Shown here piece by piece: positions 39,511-52,968 of a DNA stretch of 64,000 nt. The number at the start of each line of letters is the position of its first letter. Within the stretch, counting starts at the first letter, position 1. The notes under the pieces were generated by a model. It did not search any database. It had not been told where the DNA came from and saw nothing but the letters and a program-made list of their open reading frames with translations. Source of the DNA: Camelus ferus (Eukaryota). A program made the position numbers and the translations under genes. The DNA is taken from contig NC_045698.1 of NCBI RefSeq assembly GCF_009834535.1, forward strand, positions 3,288,001 to 3,352,000, in the 5' to 3' direction.

Positions 39511-40719
39511 GACTACATATTTTTAAATATACATGAAGTTTAGCTCAATGCAGGGGGAGGGTTCACGGGGAACTTGAGTCACGGTACATGCACTGTGCAC
39601 TTGGCCTTCCGCTCAACAGCAGTGTGCTTCTATCCTTCAGAGTCAACGGACAGAAACAGACTACACCTGACACTTGGTTTCAGCGTTGTGTCCTCAGGGC
39701 GCTGCGCAACTCAGAAAGCCACACTTGAGAAAGAATTGGGGTGCTTGTGCATGTGTGTAGGCAGGTGTTTTCTCACTGCAGGAAGGGGTCAGGGGCACCA
39801 AGCAACAGCAGACGAGCAGAATGGTGTACGTGGTGGCACTGTCCCTCCACGCTGGCTCAGACCCACGCTGGTGGGGAATTCCTCACCCACTCACTTTGTG
39901 TGCGGGATGCTGGGCTGGAGGGCAGCGTCCTTCCTGCAGAGAATAAGGACTTGTATTCCTGCCATCTTGAGGGTCAGGCATCTTCAGAAGTCAAGGGCTT
40001 GCAAGGTCATCACAGAAAGGGCAGCAGCATCCCATCTGCTCTGGCAGCCCGATGGACCTCTCCCCTCCCTCCCCTCTGGGGTGTTTTTTCCCAACATCTT
40101 TCACTTCAAACCAAGCCCTAAGTATTCAGAGGCTTCCTTTGAATTATGCGGCATCCAAGCTAGTCCAGAGCCCGAGTCCCTGGCTCTGCCCTGAGACCTC
40201 CCCAGCAGTACAGAGCCGTCCACGCCAGGCCAAGCCAGTGCCCCTGGGAACACTTCTGCTGCGTTCATTGCTGGAGATGGACATGCCACCAGGGTGCCAG
40301 CCTCAATACGAGCTCTCCGTGCAAACACTCTTAGGAACACTGGAAAATCATTCCTCACACTTCTTTTCTCAGTAAAAATGTAATATAAAAAGGTGTGGCT
40401 TTAACATTCTGTCCAAATAACCACCATGTGGACTCCTTATTTTCCCCAATAGCTGCCTGAGTTCTCTAGCTCACATTTCAGGCAGGTGACCGACTGGCAG
40501 TCAAAACAGAATCTAAGCTTGAAACAATTAACTGGCTTGTAGACATTTTTCTTTGGTTATGGAAGTCAAACAGGTCTTTGAATTTTTATGAATATATGTA
40601 AAAGTCTCAGTTTGGTTTATTTGATTTTTTATGGTGGTATTGTAAAAAGAAAAAAGCCTTTATTTTTGTGACCTGTGTGTAAAAACACATGTGCCAAGCC
40701 TGGTACCCCTCATGCATCT

Positions 40720-41070
40720 AGACTGAGTGCCCCGGCCCTTGGTTCGTGTGGCCAAGTCACCGTGGCTGAGTCCAGACAGTGGGTGTTAGACGTTCTCTCT
40801 ACTGACAGGGCGGACGTATAAAAGGCTCTCCCAGGGCCTTGGCACACAGTCCCTTTCTGTGGTGACCTTGGGAGCCCTTGACTTCTGAAGACACCTGACT
40901 CTCAAGATGGCAGGAACACAAGTCCCTGATTCATTGGAGGAGGGATGCTGCCTTCCAACCCAGCAAACTGCACACAGAGTGAGTGAGTGAGAAATAAACT
41001 CAATTGTTCAGAAGCCAGCGAGGTGTTAGAATTACCTGAACGGACCTGTGTCAGCACCATCAGGCTAACA
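40720..41070 (+). mobile_element. Old MaLR LTR (MLT1I/J-like)
   Basis: ggtgaccttgggagcc...caagatggcagg...agtccctga...gtgagtgagaaataaactcaattgttcagaagccagcgag. Confidence 0.65.
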
Positions 41071-41499
41071 TGCACACTATTTAGAAGTAAGGTCGAGTTT
41101 TAGTTGGAAGAGCTTCAGGTGGAGTTGCATAAAGGAGTGGAAATCCCCAACTTCGGCACCCGGCAGGTGTGCGTTTGAATCTGGACGTGACAGCTCACCA
41201 GGCGTGGGTCCCGGGTCGGCGCTATAAGCTCTGACCTTCAGTACAATTGTGATGCTGTTGGTTTTTATTGCAGGAGACCCGTCAGGAGAACTGCTTAGCG
41301 CGTAAGATGATGCGTAAGAAGGTACCGCGTAAGAAGTGCTTTGTATCGTGCGGGTTCTTCCGCAGAGCAAAATACATCTTTCTTCTCTTCCTTTACTTCC
41401 AGAGCCAGAGAAAGTTCATGTCCTGAAGTCAAGACCCACAGTGCCGTCAGCGCAGCTTTTATATGAATAATTTGCCATATCTCAAGAGCACATCGCAGC

Positions 41500-42150
41500 T
41501 GCAAAACACACTGGCCCCTCCTCCGAGGACTGGCCCCCTCGCCCCCTGCCCGCGCAGGGCGGGCGCCGCCGTCCTCGAGCCGCGGGAGGGGCTCTGCAGG
41601 CCTCCCGGCAGCGGCCGCCCTCCCCCTCGGTTCTCCCGCCCGCTCGGCCCCGTGACGCCCGTGAGCTCTCTTGGGTCTTCCCGCTAGTCTCACCCTCGGG
41701 TGAGAACTCCGCCTGCCAGCCTCACCGCTGTGCCCCGGGCCCGCCATCTAGGAAGAGGGCGAGAAGGGCGGAGCGAGAGAGAGAACGGAAAAAGGGACCC
41801 GGCGTGGCTGCAGGATTGCTCCCTGCGGGCCGTGTCACCTCCCCGCGTGGCCGCTCGGGGGGCCACCCAGCCTTCCTGAGCTGTCTACGTCGCGACTCTG
41901 AGCCATTTCAGCCCGAGTGCTAGAGCGTGCGTGCGTTTAAAGCTGCTTAGAGGTGGCAGACGACTTCACTGTTGTTTTATTTTTTCTGTAAGCATAAAGT
42001 GTGCTGTTTCTACACTAGCCCATGCTACGCGTGCGCTGTGACCCACAGGTCCCGACAACCCGCAGAGCCACCCAGCTCGGTCTCCCGCGCTCGCTTTGCT
42101 CAGACTGCAGGTGCCCACTCGTGTCGGTGCTGGAGGCGGGTCAGTGTAGT
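41500..42150. promoter_or_regulatory. CpG-island promoter-like region
   Basis: High CpG density. YY1-like CCGCCATCT at 41741-41749, GC box GGGCGG at 41766-41771, TCGCGA near 41890, NRF1-like GCGTGCGTGCG near 41925. Outward-facing splice donors on both strands. Confidence 0.7.
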
Positions 42151-45100
42151 TATGTGTGTAACTGTAGGGGCGAAAGGCCAAATGTTTTGTATCTGAGTAC
42201 CTAACTTCCCGAATCAGAAAGTTCCAGAGGGGATTTCAGAATAAAACAGAGGAAAGTTTCTCAAAATCCCTCTTTAAGAATAGTTTTCAAGTTCAAAGAC
42301 TTAAGGATGTGTACGTCACCTCCTGGAGAGGCTTTCCTGGTCATTGGTACCGTCCCAAAGCGTAACAGCACGGGGAAGTGCACTTTGTCACTTAAAACAC
42401 GGCACACGCTGCCTAGATGGCCCAGCCCCATGAGGCCACCCTGGGCCCCAGAAGACCAGGGCTTTCTCTGTGTGATGACACGTTGCCGAGGCAGCAGCAG
42501 GACAAGTCTGGCAGGCCTGAGACCTTCGTTCAGGGCACCCCTTCTCTCATGAAAGTCACAAGCGGGAGGGGCGTCTGCCTCAGCCCTCGCTGCTTGAAGC
42601 GGGAAAAAAGGACAGGCCAACGATGGGACATGCTTGAAACACTCTCTCTCCTTCCAAAGCACACACTCCAGCTCTTCCTTTTTCCTGAAGGTCTAATCTA
42701 GCCTCCTACTATCAAGGGCAGATAATGAAAGCAAATGACTCAGGACCTGAGTGGCAAAGTGCTCTGCAGCTGGCATTGCTTGCGGGTGGCAGCTGGAGGC
42801 CGAGCTGATGCCACCAGCTGTGGCTAAAAATACCTCGGCATTCGTGCAGGGCAGTCTCCAAGAATCGCACACCAAACTTGTAAATGCCCCATACACAGAA
42901 CCAGCCAGATGTCCAAAGAGCTGCCCCACTCACCATCAGACCTCGGAAATGCACTGTCAGCGGCACCAAAAGTGTAAGAAACCGGGGCGGTGTTGGCAGA
43001 GGGGTGGGGGGCACCACTGCCTGCTTACCCGTCAGACTGCCCCGTGAGCCTCTGCCGTCTCTGGCCCCTAGTCCATGTATACACACGTTACAGCAACACT
43101 CCGCACGTGGCCCTCGCGCGCCCGCGCCTCCCCCAGGCGTCACGGACACAGGGGGAGGCGGCTCTCCCTCCGCGAGCCTCACGCTTCCCACATCTTGTGA
43201 GCAGAGGCACTGACTGCGTTTGCTCCACGCTAGCTTCTCAAGGTGTTTGCACAGTGAGCAGCCTTAGGAGGCAGAGAACTAGTCTTCCGCTCTGAGCGGA
43301 AGGCAGGACTTCCTACTGCCGGCGGAGTGAAGCCTTCCTCTGGTGCGAAGACGCAGGAGCATCGCATCCTTTGATACCTAAACGTTTTATTCACATGAAG
43401 TCTCCTAGCCACAGGCGTTAATCCCTGTTCATAAGTTTCCTGAGGATGCGGGTTATTAACGTCTTTTATGTCACCCCACTCGTGTTGATGAGGTGAAACA
43501 TCCAGACAAGTCACACTGGAACTGTGACTGCAGCCCATGGTGTTCAGGAATCGGAGCATCTGAATTATGCTCTGATTATGCGCATTATAGACATTTTTGT
43601 ATGACGTGATCAATGTATCTAGCAGATTCCTTGAACATGTACCTACAAGAGCTACACTGCGATTTGATTTCTCTAAGTTCTACATCATTGTTTCTACTGC
43701 ATTTTCTAATGTATTTGTGCAATATTTATGGAAAACATCAGCCTAAACTTTCTGTCACAATAGAATTAACAAGTCTATAAGAGAAAACAGTCTTTCAATC
43801 AATGAAAAGCTGACAGTGGGGCTTTATTTACAAAAATAAAGGTGTAAAAGTTAGGGAGCTGCTAGATTTAAGTCTTGACTCTTGTTTCGGCTCCTCCAAA
43901 ACTGGTCATCTGTAGTCCATCCACGAACAGAACTGGGAACGCACACTGTGTGGTTGTGCGTAGGTTCCTAGGACTGAGCAGCAGAATTTCTCTACTGTCT
44001 TCGTGCACGGTGGCCCTTCAGTTCAGGGGGGAAGGGTACACTTTGAGAAAGAAATAACACTGTTATGCATAAATCATGGGAGAGCAACATGGTCCCACTT
44101 GGGCAGAATTTTCCAGAAGCTTTCACAAACAGACCCTTTGCAAATGCAGAAGCTGCAGCATGGAGATGTGTGTCCCGGCCCCCGAGCAGAAGAGCTTCTG
44201 CAAAACCATGTTTTCTGTGTCTGCTGATCTCGCTACTTCACCGCGTGGCCCTCCTTCCATGGATGCCCCTGTCCTCTCCCACCTCCCTCAGCCCTCTCTT
44301 CACTCCCTCTTCTTCCAACAATTTCCTCTGTCTCGCAGCTGAACACGGAGCTGGGGACAGTGAGCAACAGTCAGCAGTAAGAATCCAGATTAATTGTCAC
44401 AGTGGGAATTTGAAAAGTAACTGATTTCTATACACGGTTTGAACTCAATACACGAAGCACATGCAGACTTCATTCTATGGGTGAGAGCTGTGGGATCTGG
44501 GCCACGGCAGCTGAACCAGGGCAGGACAGGCCCTGCACAGATGACCACAATGCCAGGCAGGTGGCGACGAGTCTCACTTCCCGAGTGACAGCACTAATGA
44601 AACAGCGGCTCCAGTGCCTCACTGAGTTGGCACACAAGGCACGATGCGTCCCCCTACTTCTCTCTAGAAGCAGGTCTGTGCCCTGCGGTCCTGCACAAGC
44701 AATGGTGACAGGCATGCATCTTACATGCTGGACTGATGTTTTTAACAGAACTAAAGACGTTTCCTCTCAGGAACAAATAGATCAAACTGTGAGACCCCTT
44801 TAAAGATGGAGTTGTGTTTCTAAAGTAAGATCATGGTTTGAGTCAAACCCAAGGTTCTTAAAAACATTCCTCTTCTAACACGCGTTGTGTGAGCAGTGGC
44901 TCCCCAGCGCCTGTCTGGGACTCTTCCCCCGGCAGGTCTGGGCACCTCGCAAGGGACAGAGCAATGTGGCAACACCCTGACCTCTCCAGGCCTCTCAGCC
45001 TCCCCCACCCCCAGTCCTGCCGGTTGCTTGGCCTCTGACCTCAGCCTCACTCACCTCCGGTTGAGCCCAGGCTCCCACTCAGAATGCCCTGACCCCTTGT

Positions 45101-46549
45101 CTGGTGTCCCCTCTCCGTCGCTGGCTTCTGGTATTCCGGGGTGACCTCTTCCAGTTCCTTGTGTACGATCCAACGTGCATCTTCAGGGCCCTTTCCTTGA
45201 CTAGGCATCTTTCTCAAGAAGGGCTTTCTCTTTTCCTGGGAACTCTGGGTTCCACCCCTCTGGAGATTCTGTCTGAGTGGCTGCCCCACCTGAAAGACCC
45301 GAGGAGGCTCCGTTGACCTTCCTGCCATGACCATGATGGGCACTCCTGGCTGGAAGGGTGGCTCTGGTCCATCTGGCCACTTGGTGCTCTGCTGCCACCT
45401 AGGGGGCCTCTCAGCACACTGCAGGTCAACCTCGTCCACAGTCCCCAAAACACCATGTGCCCATCAAACTGAAAGCTGGCACTCAGGCTGACCCTGTGGA
45501 AGGAGACTTACCTGTCACATAGTCTCTCCCGCAGGTGCCACCTGTTCCAGCAGCACCAAGGGTCAAGGGACACCTGGGAGCACCTGCATATGGAAGTGGG
45601 GACAGCTGCGACCACCAGCCAGGCCTTCTGGCTCTGGCCCCACCCCCAGCAGGGTTAACGGCGCCCGGGCTCCCTCACACAGATGTTCTTGCGGTTGCCC
45701 TGGGGAGGTGCAGGGTCTAGCACAGAAGTGGTGGTGGCAGGCGCGGCAGGGACATGGCTAAATGCTCCAGCCGTGACCTCAAGGGCAGACTCCAGAGGCT
45801 CCCACATGACTTGCAAAAGCAGGAGAGGACACGAGGGAGACACAAATTGGAAACTCCACAAATAAATGCTAGAAAGAGCCTCAGAAGCAGCAGCAGGAGG
45901 TGGATGGTTCCCGGGCTGGCGGCCAGGAAAGCACGTCTAAGCCCAGGTGTTCTAATGGCATCCAGGAGCCGTTTTAATCAGGGACCAGGAGATGCCCACA
46001 CAGGGAGACGACTGTGGCCTGGGGTGCGGGAGACGGCCGGAGGGAGTGGCTGGGGCGTGGGCTCTGGGCTGCGTGGCTTGTGCATGAAAGGCATGTTCAG
46101 GTGCCCCTTGTTTACTGTCTCCTCCTAGAGGTGACTCTGGGGGGTTAGTTGGCTGACTCCAGCACTGGGAGGAGAAGCTCCTCCAGGACCATGAAGGCCC
46201 CAAGATGTCAAAGCTTCAGAATTCAGCAAATGAAAGGCAGAGGTTGTGTGGAGGCAGCGGTGGGAGACCCTGACGGGTGCCCCGTCTCACATCCGCAGGT
46301 CCCCAGCCCAGCCCGGGCAGCAGGCAGGCACTGGGGGAGTCTGTTTCTGAGCACAAGGGCTGGGCTTCCCAGCTCTGAGGACAATCATGGGACAGAGCTG
46401 ACCCCCGGGAGAAGATGCCTGTGTCCCTTCAGAAGTGAGAGCTAAGGGGGGGGGTCACTCACCAAGACAACAGAAAGTGCACCCCCAAATAAGAGTCACC
46501 ATGAATAAAGGAATCAGTTAAAAAAAAATGTCTCTGAGTGCCGTCCTGT

Positions 46550-47043
46550 TGTCACCCAGCACAGGCTTGCTGCCGGCCGTACGTAGAAGCCAACACTACG
46601 GCACCAGCTTCCGAGGAAAGAAAGAACGTTATTGCGAGGTCAGCTGACCAGAGGACAGGAGGGAGGGCTCAACGCCGTCTCCCCGGCCTGGGGTCCGGTC
46701 CACCTTGCATGACGTGGGAAGGGCAGGCTGCCGTGAGGAAGCGCTCGTGGGGCAGCTTTCAACTGGAGGGCTTCAAACTTGGCCGTTTATGGTAAGGTAT
46801 GGAATGGTGGACTCAGCACCAGATCTTCCTGGACAAAGGGGCCCTCCCTTCTGGTCACGTCCTGGTCCTTTGGTTCCACGAGGTGAGGGGAACCTTTGGT
46901 TCCAGGTGTTGGAGGTAAAAATTTTCTCCTCTGTGCATGCTTCAGCAGGAAGACTTGCAGGTTTGCTCTGTCCCCTCTGGAAAACATCTCAGCATCTTGT
47001 TAGAAGCGGGATGAGGCCAGTTTGGGTTGGTTCTGAGGTTACA
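46550..47043 (-). mobile_element. ERV1 (MER4-group-like) solo LTR
   Basis: tgtcaccc...agaagccaacactacggcaccagcttccgaggaaagaaagaacgttattgcgaggtc...gaggttaca; no clear TSD. Confidence 0.65.
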
Positions 47044-47949
47044 AAGCGCCTAACAGTCGTCCAGGCGCTCCCGGGGGGAAGATGCAAAAGAGGAAGGAAG
47101 ACGTTATTTATTTCCACCTCGACGGCATGCATGACCCAGCTGTCAGGATAAGAGATGGATCAATACGAAGAAAACAAGAGCAGCAGTGGTTGAGTTTTGT
47201 GTCTCTGCCTCCTTTTCCCTGATGGCAATGCGCATGGGAATCAGTGCCAACCATGCTGCCCAGGGACTCGTATTTTTCACGCCAGCTCCCACAGGTTCAT
47301 GCACACAAGAGAACCCGGAGACAGGCTTACAAACAGCCACAGCATCAAAGCCCGCACCCGAGAGATCAGGTTCCCTGCGTTTCCCCTCACGTCAGTGCTT
47401 CAGAGGGTGGACAAAGCCAGCATGCTCCGCCTTCTCCTGTTAGTGGACATTGGGTTACCTCCTGTTATTCATGACCACAGATCCTGCTGCAGCTCATTCT
47501 ATGAATGATTGACTGTATGTGTGAGACTCTGAGAAACAGTCCTTGATGCGGAACCATTAGCAAAAGCCTGGGTACGTGTAAAGTTTGGTAACGATGAATA
47601 ATCCTCCAGAGACTGATCGTTTCTACTCAGGGCGAAAGCACGTGGCAGTTTCACTCGTCCTTCTCTCTCTGGATCTTGCCAACATTCAAGCTTGCCGAAT
47701 CTTACCACGTGGGCAGTGGCGGCTCTTCGCATCCCCTGGGTCTCCCTGAGTATCAAGGAAGGAGCCTCGCTTTGCCTATGAGCTGGCTCTGTCCCTTCCG
47801 TTTCTCTGTGCTGTGTGGTTTCAGCCTCCCGCCTGTCTTTCCTCTGGGCTTTGATGTCTCCCTGCCTGGTTTGCTAGGTCGCTTTTTATTTTATGGACAT
47901 CGGGGAAAACCATTTTCTGTAGGATACTGATCAAAATTCCCAGCCTTTA

Positions 47950-48330
47950 TTTCCGTTGTCTTCTTGATGGCTTCTTTATTTTATTTCTTCCCAAGAAAAG
48001 CCATCTGTGCTCCAAGATCATAAACTACGGGCAACATTTTCTCATTTGTAATTTTGTTTTCTTGTATTTAGATCTTTAAACCATGTAGAATTTGTTTCTC
48101 TGCATGGTGTGAGGAAGGCATTTAAATTAGCTTATTTCTTCGAGACTGTTTTCCAGCACTGATTATTCAATAGTCTGTTCTCTTCGCATTTAGCTGGACT
48201 GCACCTTCTTCACATACAGAGGCGGGGGTATCCGTGGCCTCCAAGGGTCCCTGTCTCTTTGGTATATTTGTCTCTTCCAAAATAGTGCCATGTTGTTAAT
48301 TGACTAGTCTTACACAAATTATTTAATAGA
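47950..48330 (-). mobile_element. Ancient L1M ORF2 relic
   Basis: tatttagatctttaaaccatgtagaatttgtttctctgcatggtgtgaggaagg...ttttccagcactgattattcaatagtct. Confidence 0.75.
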
Positions 48331-48479
48331 AATATAAGCTGTTTCTACTCCCTCAGAAATTATTTCTAGGATTTACAATCTATAAAGTAAATATGATTTT
48401 ATTTTTGTTGACAAGGGGAAGATGTTCGCTTTTTCACATCCTGTGTGACTTCAGTTAAGATCCTCCACCTACTTCATGA

Positions 48480-48550
48480 AGCTCTGTAAGGATTAAATGA
48501 GCAAACACATCGAAAGGTTTAGCAAAACGCATAGCACATAACAAGTAAGT
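48480..48550 (+). mobile_element. MIR relic
   Basis: tgtaaggattaaatgagcaaacacatcgaaaggtttagcaaaacgcatagcacata. Confidence 0.65.
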
Positions 48551-50664
48551 AAGTATGACGGTGTCTGGGGACCATTAGATCGGCCAGGGTCTGTGTGTTT
48601 ATTTGGTGGGTTTTGGTTTTTCATTGTTATTGGGATCTGCTTCTCCCCCTCGATTATCCTGTGTTATCATATTCTTCTGAGGTTCTGGTTGGTGGTAAAG
48701 GCCTGGTGGATAGGGCTCTGGCTGCCCCAGTAGCTTCCCACCGCCGGCCTCTGCGGCTGCATTCCTGTGGTCCCCTGGGGAGCCGGGTGGGGCATGGGGG
48801 CTGGGGTCCCTCCAGCTGGACGAAGGGAGCACGGGCCCCTCCCACGCAGGAGGAGATGCAAATTCCTCACCTGCCCCGGATACCACATCACACGCCCCTC
48901 TGCAGGCAGGCCCCCCGGAGTCCTGCAGGGTGCAGAGCAGACGGTCTTCCGGGCTTCTCTCCAGGCTGGCGAGGTCTCAGCGCTCAGATCTCTTCCAGGT
49001 CATCCTGGGAACTCTCCCAGGTCTTTGCGGAGTGCTGCCCGTACCTGTAGTCCTTGCTCTCCTTTCTCCTTCACTTCTCTCTTTGATATCTTTTATTCCC
49101 AGGGCCTCCCCAGAATCCCTGATTCTGCCTCCCATTTCTTCATTCCAAGCAGTAGAGATGGAGTTCCACCCTCCTCTGCAATGCGAGGGTCCCAGGGCCA
49201 CACCCCAGCAGCTGCTACCACTAGAATTTTCTGTGGCAAGTGGACGCCAGGTGTGTGTGCTGGTCTCAGTCTCCTGGCCTGGACCAGGACCAAGGCTGGG
49301 GAGGGAGGGGGCTCGGGGAGAGGGGAGGCAGGAGGGGACTCTTCCTCCCAGAACACAGCTCTCCATCTCACACGATATCTAAAATACAGTGTGTCTCTCC
49401 TCTTCAAGGATGGATTTTTGTAGAAGAGGAGATAAGGTAACCCTCTTTCTAATCTCAAGTGTGCCAACACATGTTGGGTCAGATGCTACAGCTTTATTAG
49501 AGCGCTGCCCACTCCCCATTGCCACTAGTCACCCCACAAGGTGAGACCCTTTTCCATGAGACCCTAGATGGTTCCCCATCTCCCGGTGGCAGAAACCTCA
49601 GTGAGCCCCTCCCTCAGTAACAGCTTGAGTCCCCCAGCCTCTCGACCAATACTTCATCCAGAAATCCTTTATTTCTCACCGTCAGCATGATTTATTTCTT
49701 TTGGCTCTGCATAATCTGATTGAAAAGTCATTTTTTTTTCTTGAGGAATAATTTGAACCTCTCTATTGTACTGTTTATACTCTGACTTCTGAAAGGCCAG
49801 GAGCCAGAACAGCACTGTTAGTATCATATCCCCAGGTCCCAAACTGCAGACCCATCTCAAAGAGTTCCCGGAGAGGAATAACACTGCTCGACTCCAAAAC
49901 ACATACTCGGGTATTTTTCATCTACTTAATGAAGAAATGACAAACGTGTCTGAGCATCACAAGCTCGAATTTCATGAGATGGTCAGGAATGTGCCAAAGG
50001 GGCCAGCATCTTAGACCCAGCCACCATGACACCAGGTCCTGCCACTGAAAACATAAACACTCTGTCACAAAGAGCAATGTATTTGGCTTGAAGAGGTGCT
50101 GCTCTGCAAAACAATTTAATCTGCAAGGAGTAAGTCAAAAACTCATTTTAGTCACTTGTCATAAATTCAATACAGACTTGTGATAAATTGCTAAGCTGCC
50201 TTTTTCATCATCACTCAAAGCCCTCTGTTACTTGATTTCTCTTAGAATACATCACCTATTAATTTCTTATTATCACAACAACTATGTGGTTTCTACGCCC
50301 TCTCTAGCTCCTTCTTAGTGGATGCTCTGGGGAACCCCAGGCAAGTGGCCCAGAGCAGAGGGTGGAAGGGGAGATTCCCAGAGGGGGGATAGATTCCCGT
50401 AATGAACAAAATCAGGGCCCCTGACACGGACTCCTCAGGCCTAGACAGTCCCCGCTGAGTGCGACAATTAGGTAGTGACTGTGTTACCGAGATCTTAAAC
50501 ACTTGGAATCCTCACCTCCGCTGGCTCTGAACTGCAGTGCACTCAGTCACACAGAGGCGCTTCAGTCCAGAAATGATGGTAACGTCATCCTCACGTTGCG
50601 TGAACAGAAGAGAAGCTGTGATGCTGTCACAGAAGTCTACAACTCCGCTAAAAATTCTGGGTTC

Positions 50665-50780
50665 CTTTAATGAAAAAGGATATGAAAATGAATATATGTA
50701 TGCATATGGATGGCTGGGACATTGTGCTGTACACCAGAAATTGACATGTTGTAATGGACGGTACTTCAATTTAAAAAAAA
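50665..50780 (+). mobile_element. Very short (~110 bp) L1 3' end with TSD
   Basis: aatgaaaaaggatatgaaaatgaatatatgta...tgtgctgtacaccagaaattgaca...tacttcaatttaaaaaaaaa. TSD aaaaattctgggttc (50650-50664) / aaaaaatcttggttc (50776-50790). Same family as 15979-16297. Confidence 0.9.
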
Positions 50781-52609
50781 ATCTTGGTTCGTGTGAAAGG
50801 GTTAAATTGGTGCAGTTGGAGGCTGGGCTCCGTCAGGTGGCGTGGGCTGTGAGACTGAACACATATCATTCTTGTATTCACAGGGTTTGGTTTACAGGTG
50901 GTGCACATCCAACCCAAACAGCTTATGTCAAAGGGGCCCTGGGCTCCAGAACCCCAGGGGTGCTGGGAAGGGCAAAGATGCGACTGGGCTTCGAGGGCAG
51001 GCTAGGACTTGAAATTAGAGAGTTGTCTTGGTTCTTTCTGCTGCTAGATTTATGTTTTACAAACACGACTGCTCAGAGTTCCCCAGCCTTTGGGCAACTC
51101 GTGCTAGAGTGAGCTGGCAGCCCTCCCTCTCCCCCAGGTCCTTACCTCCCCGGGAGCTGCTCCTTGGCACCTCCTGTTCAGGAATAAGCCCGCATGAATG
51201 GAATGGGCTGGGGACAAGGGAGGAGAGGAAGGGTGAGGCGTTACGGCTGACTTAGGTGGGTCCACGGCGGGCCTACTCCTGGACCAAGTGTCAGTGGTGA
51301 TGTGGACAGATCGGGTCCCATGGCTCTTCCTAGAACAGGCATTCCAGACAAAGAAGAATCACTGAGCTGCACAAAGCAATAAGGCCTGAGAAACATTTGA
51401 TGGATTCTGTGACTCACAAACTCTTTCTCATACTTTCTTATTTGATCACCACACTGTGTAATGCAGGGTTTTTATTTTCCTCTTTTTAGAGATAGAGAGA
51501 CTGAGACTTGATTAAAAATCCAGATGCTTGGATTACACATTTCAAAAAGTTTTATTTTATTAAAAAAGGCATTAAGTGAAACCATGTTTTGTGTCTGAAC
51601 AATGAGGGGAGGGAGGAGCCCACAGAGCAGGGGTTGTGAGAGTCTGCAGGGTCCGAGCCTCGTGGCAGGAACAGAAGGTCCGCCTTCTTGTAACTCAGCA
51701 CGGGCTTCCTGCTGAGGTCCAAAGAGTGCAGAGGGAGCCCTGTCACCTCGGGATGGCATGGGATGTGTTTTATGGAAGAAGCTGAACACGTTTGTCATCA
51801 GATAAGCATCCTGACTTAGCTAATTTAGGAAAACCTATGCATCAGGGGCAGAGCAACAGCATCGGCGAGGCCGGCGCCCACCACGTGGCAGGTGGACGGA
51901 GGAACCGGTCAGTCCAGCACCAGCTGCAGCATGGAGGGTGGGAGCCAGGCCGCCCAGGAGGAGCAGGTGGGCGACCTGGGTGCAGCAGCCAAGTGGTGAC
52001 ATTCCCAGAGGATGCGCTTTTCTGATGAGTTTGCAGCCCTTCCTGGGACCACCACCATCGCCATTCCTTCCCCGGCACGGGAATGCAGGCGGGCTAACTC
52101 CGGACACGTCTCAGCAGATCTGCAGCAAGGGCCACAGGGCTGGGGAGCGTCTGACCTTAGAGCAGAGCTCGACCCGCGGGGCCGGGCGAGGGGATGCTCT
52201 TCCAATGGCCCATCCTAAGAGACCAAGCTTTGTGCTGTCCTCCTTCTAGAAACAGGGGCCTGGAGAGACAAGCAAAGATCCTAACTCGTCTCAAATCAGG
52301 TCTTCCTTCCTATCGCTAGATTTGGCTGCAAGCTTCCTGGAGGCAGACGCTGTGTTGTGTTTTCCTTTGTGTGGAACGGGCCTGCGCGATGGTTGAGAGA
52401 TGCCCCTGGGGGGCTTACACACCAGTGCAAGTATAATAACCAGCAGCCCAGCATAGTGTGTGGCTGAACAAGGCAGAGACTAGGTCCCTCTTCACACTGA
52501 CGGTTAAACATTCTGGGGCATCGTCTCTGAGATGCAGCTCCAAACTCTAGAAAAAGAGGTTGAGACACCACCACCCAGGTGGCGTCCAGGATGCCCAGTG
52601 GGGAAGGGG

Positions 52610-52968
52610 TGCCGTGATCTGCTCAGGCTGCATGACAAAGCACCGCAGGCGGAGCAGCTTGAGCACAGACATTCACTTCTCACGGTTCTGGAGGCTAGAA
52701 GTCCAAGATCAGGCACCGGCAGGCCTGGTTTCTCCTAAGGCCTCCGTCCTCGGCTTGCCGACACTGCTTCCCCGCTGTGTCCTCCACGGCCTTTTCTCTG
52801 TGCACACACATCCCCGCGGCTTCTTCCTCTCGCGGACACAGTCAGACTGGAGCAGTCTCCTCATGGCCTCAGTCAACTGTGACCACCTCTTGCAAGACTC
52901 TTGCAACACAGTCACACCACGGGTGAGGACTTCATTATATGAATTTAGGGAGGACATGACTCTGTAAC
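52610..52968 (-). mobile_element. MaLR solo LTR (MLT1A/A0-like)
   Basis: ttctcacggttctggaggctagaagtccaagatcagg...ctggtttctcctaaggcctc...gacttcattatatgaatttagggaggaca. Confidence 0.9.

Noticed and set aside
39574..40194. 206-aa ORF
   Set aside because: Non-ATG start, no recognisable family and no exon-like boundaries.
41295..41747. 150-aa minus-strand ORF as a CDS or processed pseudogene
   Set aside because: The first half is CpG-island low-complexity translation, no parent gene is recognised, and no polyA or TSD was seen. Retained only as a promoter/lncRNA candidate.
45394..45410. CTCF-like ccacctagggggcc
   Set aside because: Mismatches at core 5' positions; too weak to list.
48595..49470. 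Longest ORF cluster (up to 218 aa)
   Set aside because: Overlapping ORFs in several frames on both strands of GC-rich DNA, with P/G/R/S-biased composition and no recognisable domain. Expected by chance.
50537..51112. 191-aa ORF
   Set aside because: Reads through a short L1 insertion and has no recognisable homology.
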